Under the pieces are notes generated by a model. The model made no database searches. It was not told where the DNA came from and worked only from the letters and a program-made list of their open reading frames with translations. A stretch of DNA of 12,041 bases from positions 1-12,041 of the forward strand of contig DATFXE010000259.1 of NCBI GenBank assembly GCA_035258585.1. The letters are read 5' to 3'. The position numbers and the translations under genes are program-made. Shown piece after piece: positions 7,104-12,041 of this stretch (within the stretch, counting starts at the first letter, position 1; the number at the start of each line of letters is the position of its first letter). This stretch comes from Roseiflexaceae bacterium (lineage in GTDB: Bacteria > Chloroflexota > Chloroflexia > Chloroflexales > Roseiflexaceae).

Positions 7104-7132
7104 TTGCATCCGCCGTGCCGCCTGTAGTATAA
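7104..7132 (+). promoter_or_regulatory. Sigma70-like promoter TTGCAT-17-TATAAT for the ADH-SPFH-PfkB operon.
   Basis: TTGCAT at 7104-7109, a 17-nt spacer, TATAAT at 7127-7132. The ATG is at 7259 with GAGG RBS 5 nt upstream. The 5' UTR is about 120 nt. Confidence 0.55.
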
Positions 7133-7258
7133 TGCAACAACGCGGCGCGGCATAGCGCAATCCAATGCGCCGTTTTGCTTCGAATAGTATACCGTTCTTC
7201 GCGCGCGGCGTCCAAGCGCTTGTGCCGCCGCCAGAACTGCTGGCCGTGTGAGGCAGCT

Positions 7259-8260
7259 ATGCAGGCACTCCTCTTCGATGGTCAGCTTCGGCTGGCGAAT
7301 GATTATCCCGAACCGACTCTGGCCCCTGGCGAGGCGCTGATTCGCCCTTCACTCGTCGGCATCTGCAATACCGATATCGAAATCACCCGCGGCTATATGG
7401 GCTTTCGCGGCGTGCTCGGGCATGAGTTCGTCGGCGTCGTCCAGGCCTGCGCCGACCGCGGCTGGCTCGGCCGGCGCGTGGTGGGCGAGATCAACGCGGC
7501 CTGCGGGCGCTGTACCGTCTGCGCGCGCGGCGACCAAAGCCACTGCCCGGAGCGCACGACACTCGGGATCGATCGGCGTGACGGCACAATGGCCGAGCTC
7601 TTCAGCCTGCCGCTCGCCTGCCTACACGAGGTTCCAGCCGGCGTGCCCGACGAGGCGGCCGTCTTCGCCGAGCCATTGGCGGCGGCGCTCGCGATTCTGG
7701 AACAGTCGCACGTTCGGCCGACCGAGCGCGTAGCGGTGGTGGGCGACGGCAAGTTAGGGCTACTGTGCGCTCAGGCATTGCGCCTGCCCGGCTGCGAGGT
7801 CGTGGTGGTCGGGCGGCACCCCGAGCGCTGGGAACTGCTGCATCAGTTAGGGGTTGCAACCGTCCACGTCAGTAGCTTGGACCAAAGACCAAAGACCAAA
7901 GACGAAACACAGATTGGTCTTTGGTCTTTGGTCCTTCGTCCTTGGTCATTTGACGTTGTCGTGGACTGCACCGGCCAGCCATCCGGCCTCGCGGTGGCGC
8001 GCGATCTGGTGCGGCCGCGCGGGCGCCTGGTCCTCAAGAGCACCTTCGCCGCTGAGTCCGGGATGAATCTGAGCAGGCTGGTTGTGGACGAAGTGCAACT
8101 GCTGGGGTCGCGCTGCGGGCCGTTCGCCCCGGCGCTGCGCCTGCTCGAGCGCGGGCTTGTGCAGGTACAACCGCTGGTGGCTGGCCGCTTCTCGCTGCGT
8201 GAGGGTCTCAAAGCCTTCGCGGCGGCCAACCGCCGCCTGAAAATACTACTGGAGATCTAG
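7259..8260 (+). CDS. Zn-dependent medium-chain dehydrogenase/reductase (alcohol, threonine or sorbitol dehydrogenase-like).
   Basis: Catalytic Zn ligands in GICNTD and GHEFVG. Structural Zn Cys4 in CGRCTVCARGDQSHC. Rossmann motif VAVVGDGKLGLL. Start chosen at ATG 7259 (MQALLFDG...) with GAGG RBS, rather than the track's 7175. The variable segment between the two Rossmann strands is encoded by a palindromic heptamer-repeat element (see the repeat feature). Confidence 0.8.
   Translation: MQALLFDGQLRLANDYPEPTLAPGEALIRPSLVGICNTDIEITRGYMGFRGVLGHEFVGVVQACADRGWLGRRVVGEINAACGRCTVCARGDQSHCPERTTLGIDRRDGTMAELFSLPLACLHEVPAGVPDEAAVFAEPLAAALAILEQSHVRPTERVAVVGDGKLGLLCAQALRLPGCEVVVVGRHPERWELLHQLGVATVHVSSLDQRPKTKDETQIGLWSLVLRPWSFDVVVDCTGQPSGLAVARDLVRPRGRLVLKSTFAAESGMNLSRLVVDEVQLLGSRCGPFAPALRLLERGLVQVQPLVAGRFSLREGLKAFAAANRRLKILLEI
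7879..7950. repeat. Palindromic tandem-heptamer element embedded in frame within the ADH CDS: (GACCAAA)x3 GACGAAA - loop cacagatt - (GGTCTTT)x2 GGTCCTT CGTCCTT GGTCATT. A 19-bp perfect inverted repeat (7879-7897 / 7916-7934).
   Basis: Read directly. ggaccaaagaccaaagacc and ggtctttggtctttggtcc are exact reverse complements. The reading frame stays open and encodes SLDQRPKTKDETQIGLWSLVLRPWS. Confidence 0.6.
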
Positions 8261-8261
8261 T

Positions 8262-9425
8262 ATGTCGATCAAGAATGCCGCGGTGACAAGCATACTGGCG
8301 CTGATGTTCCTCTCGCTGCTGACGATCTACATGATCAGCACACCTAGCCCGCTGATCACATTTCTAAGCGTTCTGATCATGTTGGTGGCCCTGATCATGG
8401 CCCAGAGCCGCAGCTGGCGCGATATCGGCATCCTGGCGTCTGTATCGGTGATCGTCTCTATGGTCGCGATTGGGCTGCTTGCCAGCGCGCGGTTGGGCCG
8501 CCTGGGAACGCTGATCGTCCTGCTGCTGTGGGGATTACTGCTGTTCGCGCTGTTCACGTGGGCACGGCGCACGATCATTCCACTGCCGCGCGATCGGGCG
8601 ATCTTGATTCAAAATACCTTTACCGGCCAGGTTCACCTCGCCGACGGGCCGATCGCTGCCCCGAACGTGCCGCTTATGGAGCGGATCATCGCAGTTATCC
8701 CGCTCTACGAGCTGCATGAGGACCTGACGGTAGCGACTATCAATGCCAGCGCGCCGCAGAATGTGGACGAGATCAAGGTGCACGTCAACTACAAGGTTGT
8801 CGACCCGCTTCTCGCGGCACAAGGCATACCAAAGCGCACCCTGGCCCAGGAGACGCTGGCCAAGGAGATGAACCTTAACGTCGAGGAGGCGCGCCGAAAT
8901 CCGGTCTTCTGGGAGCGGCTGCTTGGCGATCAAATGCGCCATGAGGCCGAGGAGATCACGCGCGAAGTATTTTATCGCAACGCATTCGCTCAGAATGTTC
9001 TCGAAATATACCGCAACCGGGCGGATCTGGCCCAGGAGATCAGGGAGCGCTTGAATCCGTATGTGCAGCGCTGGGGCACACGCGCGCGGCTGCTGGAGAT
9101 CGACAGCGTCAAGGTCGATCGCGAGATTATTAGAGCAATCAACAAGGATGCAGCTCGCGAGGATGAGACCAAGCTGCGAGAGATCGAGGCCAAACGCGAC
9201 GCCACGCGCGTTCGCGCCGTCCTCGGCGCCGAGGCAGAGGTCGAGGGTGAGCGCATCAAAGCGATTATCGCGGCGCTCAAGGAAGCCGGGGTCGAGATCA
9301 CGCCCGAGGTGCTGATTGGCGCGATCAACGCCGCATCCGATTGGCAGATCGAGGGTGACTTCGGCCTGCTGACGGAGAATCCGATACAGATACCGCCGGG
9401 TGTCATGCCGCACGAGAAAAAGTAG
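8262..9425 (+). CDS. SPFH/Band-7 domain membrane protein (stomatin/flotillin/HflC-like) with four N-terminal TM helices and a C-terminal Glu/Ala/Arg-rich coiled-coil region.
   Basis: Four hydrophobic helices in residues 8-100. The SPFH-like core is PLMERIIAVIPLYELHEDLTVATINASAPQNVDEIKVHVNYKVVDPLLA. The coiled-coil EA-rich tail is REIEAKRDATRVRAVLGAEAEVEGERIKAI. The ATG at 8262 is 1 nt after the ADH stop, indicating translational coupling. Confidence 0.7.
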   Translation: MSIKNAAVTSILALMFLSLLTIYMISTPSPLITFLSVLIMLVALIMAQSRSWRDIGILASVSVIVSMVAIGLLASARLGRLGTLIVLLLWGLLLFALFTWARRTIIPLPRDRAILIQNTFTGQVHLADGPIAAPNVPLMERIIAVIPLYELHEDLTVATINASAPQNVDEIKVHVNYKVVDPLLAAQGIPKRTLAQETLAKEMNLNVEEARRNPVFWERLLGDQMRHEAEEITREVFYRNAFAQNVLEIYRNRADLAQEIRERLNPYVQRWGTRARLLEIDSVKVDREIIRAINKDAAREDETKLREIEAKRDATRVRAVLGAEAEVEGERIKAIIAALKEAGVEITPEVLIGAINAASDWQIEGDFGLLTENPIQIPPGVMPHEKK

Positions 9426-9428
9426 CCC

Positions 9429-10376
9429 ATGGAGCATATCGCCAACAGCAACGGGTTGTTCGAAGTGGTCGTCGTCGGCGCGGCGTGCCTTGATGTCAAG
9501 GGCCGCCCGCTTGGCGATATCGTCGCCGGCACATCCAACCCCGGCGTCGTTCAGATCAGCGTGGGCGGCGGCGCGCGCAACGTCGCCGAGAATTTGGCGC
9601 GCCTGGGCACGTCCACCGCACTGCTCAGCGTGGTCTGCCAGGATGATTTTGGCCGTACGATCATTCGCCAGACCGAGCGGGCCGGTGTGAACACCGACCA
9701 TGTGCTGATCAGCTGCGATCAGCATTCTGCGGCCTATATGGCACTGCAAAGCGCCGAGCGCACGCTGCTGGTGGCGCTGGCCGATACCGTTGCCACCGGG
9801 GCGCTTACGCCCGAGTACATCGGCGATCACGCCAGCATGCTCGAGCAGGCGCGTATGGTGGTGATCGACGCGAACGTACCGCTTGAGACGGCCGAGACGC
9901 TGCTGTCGATCTGCGGCGCGGCGGGCGTGCCGGTGGCTTTGGAGCCGGTGGCCTACGCACCGGCGCTGCAATACCGCGAGCTGGCCGGCGCATTCTATCT
10001 TACGACGCCGAATGGGGTGGAGGCCCAGGCGCTGACCGGCCTGCCGGTGGCCAACACCGAGCAGGGCGCACTTGCCGCCAAACAGCTGGTCGCGCTGGGC
10101 GTCCAGATTGCGATCATCACGCTTGGAGATGCCGGGCTGGTGTATGCCACACCTGAGGCCAACGGCTATGTGCCATCGATCGAAGGCGAGATCGTCGACC
10201 CGACCGGCGCCGGCGACGCGCTGACCGCCGCGGTCGTGTATGCGTTGCTGAACGATATTCCAGTGGATGAAGCCGTGCGCTTGGGGGTCAGCGCCGCGAC
10301 CCTCACGCTGGCATCGACTGATACGGTGCGGCAGGATCTGAGCTTGGAAAGCTTGTATGCGCAACTGGTGATTTAG
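9429..10376 (+). CDS. PfkB-family (ribokinase-like) carbohydrate/nucleoside kinase, pseudouridine-kinase (YeiC/PsuK)-like.
   Basis: N-terminal VVGAACLDV, the GGGARNVAENLARLG motif typical of YeiC-like kinases, and the C-terminal PfkB signature DPTGAGDALTAAVVYALL. The start is 3 nt after the SPFH stop. Confidence 0.8.
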   Translation: MEHIANSNGLFEVVVVGAACLDVKGRPLGDIVAGTSNPGVVQISVGGGARNVAENLARLGTSTALLSVVCQDDFGRTIIRQTERAGVNTDHVLISCDQHSAAYMALQSAERTLLVALADTVATGALTPEYIGDHASMLEQARMVVIDANVPLETAETLLSICGAAGVPVALEPVAYAPALQYRELAGAFYLTTPNGVEAQALTGLPVANTEQGALAAKQLVALGVQIAIITLGDAGLVYATPEANGYVPSIEGEIVDPTGAGDALTAAVVYALLNDIPVDEAVRLGVSAATLTLASTDTVRQDLSLESLYAQLVI

Positions 10377-10395
10377 GAAATAGGATACAGGGGAC

Positions 10396-10435
10396 AGGGA
10401 ACAGAGGCAAGCACCCCACCTACGTCCTGTTCCCT
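10396..10435. promoter_or_regulatory. Hairpin or inverted repeat AGGGAACAG-n22-CTGTTCCCT between the PfkB stop and the GGDEF gene. Possible terminator or operator.
   Basis: 9-bp perfect stem, extendable to 12 bp with one mismatch. The long 22-nt loop and absent U-tract argue against a canonical terminator. It shares half-sites with the 7037-7051 palindrome. Confidence 0.3.
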
Positions 10436-10467
10436 ATCACCTATCACCTGTCAACTGTAACCTACAA
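10433..10467. repeat. Five tandem heptamers (CCTATCA CCTATCA CCTGTCA ACTGTAA CCTACAA) abutting the ATG of the GGDEF response-regulator gene.
   Basis: Read directly. Period 7, consensus CCTRTCA. The last unit overlaps a TACAAT hexamer at 10463-10468. No Shine-Dalgarno sequence lies between the array and the ATG at 10469. Confidence 0.45.
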
Positions 10468-10468
10468 T

Positions 10469-11794
10469 ATGACAAAACGCATCCTGATAGCGGACGATGA
10501 GCCGAACGTGCGACAATTGCTCGAACTGGTATTGCACGGACAGGGCTATGAGGTCGCGCTTGCCACCAATGGCGCTCAGCTTGTGCGGATGGCCCAGGAA
10601 CGTGTCCCCGATCTGGTGCTGGTTGACCTTATGATGCCACAACTGGACGGCTATGAGGCCATTCGGCAGCTGCGCAACGATACCCGCACCGCGCATTTGC
10701 CGATGCTGATTCTGACAGCCAAATCTACGCTTGAGGATGTGGTGATCGGGTTCGAGACCGGCGCCGACGATTATATCACCAAGCCCTTCAACATTCCCGA
10801 ACTGCTGGCGCGGATCAAAGGCCATCTGCGCCGGGCCGATCAGCCTCCGGTCCGCAACCCGCTCACCGGCCTGGCCGGCAACACGCTGCTGACAGAGGAG
10901 CTGAAGTACCGGCTCAAGAAAGCTGAGCCTTTCGCCTACCTTTATGCCGATCTCGACAATTTCAAAGCCTTCAACGACACCTACGGCCCGGCCCGCGGCG
11001 ATCGGGTGATCACCCTGATGGCCGACGTGCTGACCGACGCAGTGCGCACACACGGCTCCAGCGGCGATTTTATCGGGCATGTCGGGGGCGATGACTTCGC
11101 GATTCTCACGACGCCAGACATGCTGGATATGCTGTGCCAGACGATTATCAGCATCTTCGATCAGCGTGTCCGGCTGCTGTATGATCCGGAAGATCTCGAG
11201 CGCGGGTATCTTCAGGGCTCGGATCGCCAGGGTGTTCCGCGCCGCTTCCCGATCATCTCGATCTCGATCGGCGTCGCCACCAACCGCCACCGCAGCTTCG
11301 CCGATTACGAAGAGCTAAGCCGCGTCGCGACCGAGATGAAGCAGTTCGCCAAACAGGAGCCCGGCAGTTTCTACGCCGTCGACGTGCGTGGCCGGCGCGA
11401 TCAGCACGTACCAGACGAACGGCGCGGCAGCAAGGTGCCAACCGTGCTGGTGGTGACGCAAGAATCCGAGCTTCGGAAGTTCTTGCGAACGGCGCTGAAG
11501 GAAGCCGGATACCGCGCGCTCGAAGCGCCGGGGGTGCCGGAAGCCAACGCGCTGCTGACATATGAGCCCGACCTGTCGCTGATCATCGCCGATACGCGGC
11601 TGGGCGATCAGCTATGGGAGATGGCCGATACATTGAGCGCCGAGATGCCGACCGTGCCGCTCACTGCCATCTCGATCGAGGAGCGCGACGAGCAGGCCGG
11701 TCGCGCCCATGGCGTGCGCGTTTTTCTCCGGCAGCCATTCCAGGAACAGCAGTTTCTGGACTTTGTCATTCAGTTCGCGCCCGCGCATGAGTGA
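10469..11794 (+). CDS. Response regulator with an N-terminal receiver (REC) domain, a GGDEF (diguanylate-cyclase-like) domain carrying the non-canonical A-site GGDDF, and a C-terminal degenerate receiver-like domain.
   Basis: REC: ILIADDEP...LVDLMMPQLDG...LTAKS...KPF with phospho-acceptor Asp and Lys present. GGDEF: NPLTGLAGN...YADLDNFKAFNDTYG...GHVGGDDFAIL. There is no RxxD I-site (SSGD instead). The C-terminal domain (PTVLVVTQESE...LIIADTRL...LRQPF) lacks the acidic pair and the conserved Lys. Confidence 0.85.
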   Translation: MTKRILIADDEPNVRQLLELVLHGQGYEVALATNGAQLVRMAQERVPDLVLVDLMMPQLDGYEAIRQLRNDTRTAHLPMLILTAKSTLEDVVIGFETGADDYITKPFNIPELLARIKGHLRRADQPPVRNPLTGLAGNTLLTEELKYRLKKAEPFAYLYADLDNFKAFNDTYGPARGDRVITLMADVLTDAVRTHGSSGDFIGHVGGDDFAILTTPDMLDMLCQTIISIFDQRVRLLYDPEDLERGYLQGSDRQGVPRRFPIISISIGVATNRHRSFADYEELSRVATEMKQFAKQEPGSFYAVDVRGRRDQHVPDERRGSKVPTVLVVTQESELRKFLRTALKEAGYRALEAPGVPEANALLTYEPDLSLIIADTRLGDQLWEMADTLSAEMPTVPLTAISIEERDEQAGRAHGVRVFLRQPFQEQQFLDFVIQFAPAHE

Positions 11795-11835
11795 TGTGCT
11801 ATTCCTACATCATGAGTCATCCCGTATTTAACACG

Positions 11836-11891
11836 ATGGCTGCAAGGGCGTGGGAATGCGCCGCAGCGCGTTCCCACGCCCTTGCAGCCAT
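11836..11891. repeat. Perfect 21-bp inverted repeat (atggctgcaagggcgtgggaa / ttcccacgcccttgcagccat) with a 14-nt GC-rich loop, 42 nt downstream of the GGDEF gene stop. Candidate terminator, structured RNA or protein-binding palindrome.
   Basis: Arms are exact reverse complements. It is followed on + by an A-tract (aaaataaag), not a U-tract, so the orientation is atypical for a + strand intrinsic terminator. The annotated 72-aa minus ORF spanning it is probably spurious. Confidence 0.5.
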
Positions 11892-12041
11892 AAAATAAAG
11901 CCGGCAGAGTGGAATGCTGCGAGGGCAACGATATGAGATATGCTGCATCACAATGCCCAAAGATCCGTTTGTAGAATTCGGGATGACTCTTGGTGGGGCT
12001 CGGGGGCGGCGCCGGATACCTCTGGGTGTGAGCACCCGGCC

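Noticed and set aside
6144-7127. 327-aa + strand ORF, plus smaller + ORFs from 5921 to 6876.
   Set aside because: Antisense to fmt, which has strong conserved motifs and a good RBS. The translation is Arg/Ala-rich with no recognisable domain.
5967-7193. The exact 9-mer TAGTATACC occurs at 5967-5975 and 7185-7193, with the related CTGTAGTATAAT at 7122-7133.
   Set aside because: Several hundred exact 9-mer coincidences are expected by chance in 12 kb on two strands. The resemblance probably just reflects -10-like AT-rich hexamers, so it is not treated as a motif.
8535-10364. 609-aa ORF on the minus strand.
   Set aside because: It lies entirely antisense to the SPFH and PfkB genes, which have clear domain signatures. 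Its Arg/Ala/Gly/Asp-rich low-complexity translation is typical of shadow ORFs in high-GC DNA.
11817-12035. 72-aa minus-strand ORF at the right end.
   Set aside because: It runs straight through the perfect 21-bp palindrome. Its translation is low complexity (RRRPRAPPR) and there is no RBS. It is more likely non-coding.
11990-12041. GC-rich segment with the small hairpin gggtgtgagcaccc at the window edge. Considered as the start of a tRNA, tmRNA, SRP RNA or RNase P RNA.
   Set aside because: No tRNA T-loop or D-loop consensus is present, and there is no match to the tmRNA or 4.5S 5' ends that I can recognise. It is truncated by the window and cannot be resolved.

Overview
This is a high-GC bacterial chromosomal window. 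Its gene content and promoter style suggest Chloroflexota or a similar lineage, but that is a low-confidence guess. The content is mostly housekeeping or accessory-like genes with clear domain signatures. Reading left to right: (1) the 3' end of a + strand ORF encoding an Arg/Asp/Glu-rich repetitive tail. (2) Two tandem minus-strand paralogs encoding secreted CAP-domain (SCP/PR-1/YkwD-like) proteins. (3) alkA on +, a DNA-3-methyladenine glycosylase II of the HhH-GPD family. (4) tag on -, DNA-3-methyladenine glycosylase I, convergent with alkA. (5) A small minus-strand PspC-domain membrane protein followed by a textbook intrinsic terminator. (6) An ASCH-domain protein on +. (7) An S41 C-terminal processing peptidase (Ctp, PDZ-containing) on -. 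(8) fmt on -, methionyl-tRNA formyltransferase. (9) A tightly coupled + strand operon encoding a Zn-dependent MDR alcohol dehydrogenase, a 4-TM SPFH/Band-7 membrane protein and a PfkB-family kinase (pseudouridine-kinase-like). (10) A response regulator with REC-GGDEF-pseudoREC architecture whose A-site is the non-canonical GGDDF. Several structures are not explained by the genes. A 72-nt palindromic tandem-heptamer element sits in frame inside the alcohol dehydrogenase CDS. Two further tandem heptamer arrays lie immediately upstream of ctp and of the GGDEF gene, and they resemble cyanobacterial STRR heptamer repeats. Long near-perfect inverted repeats of 19-28 bp sit between convergent gene pairs and after the GGDEF gene. 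A CTGTTCC/GGAACAG palindromic motif recurs in two intergenic regions. I found no CRISPR array, rRNA, tRNA or obvious mobile-element gene. Large antisense ORFs in the six-frame track are high-GC shadow ORFs and were rejected.
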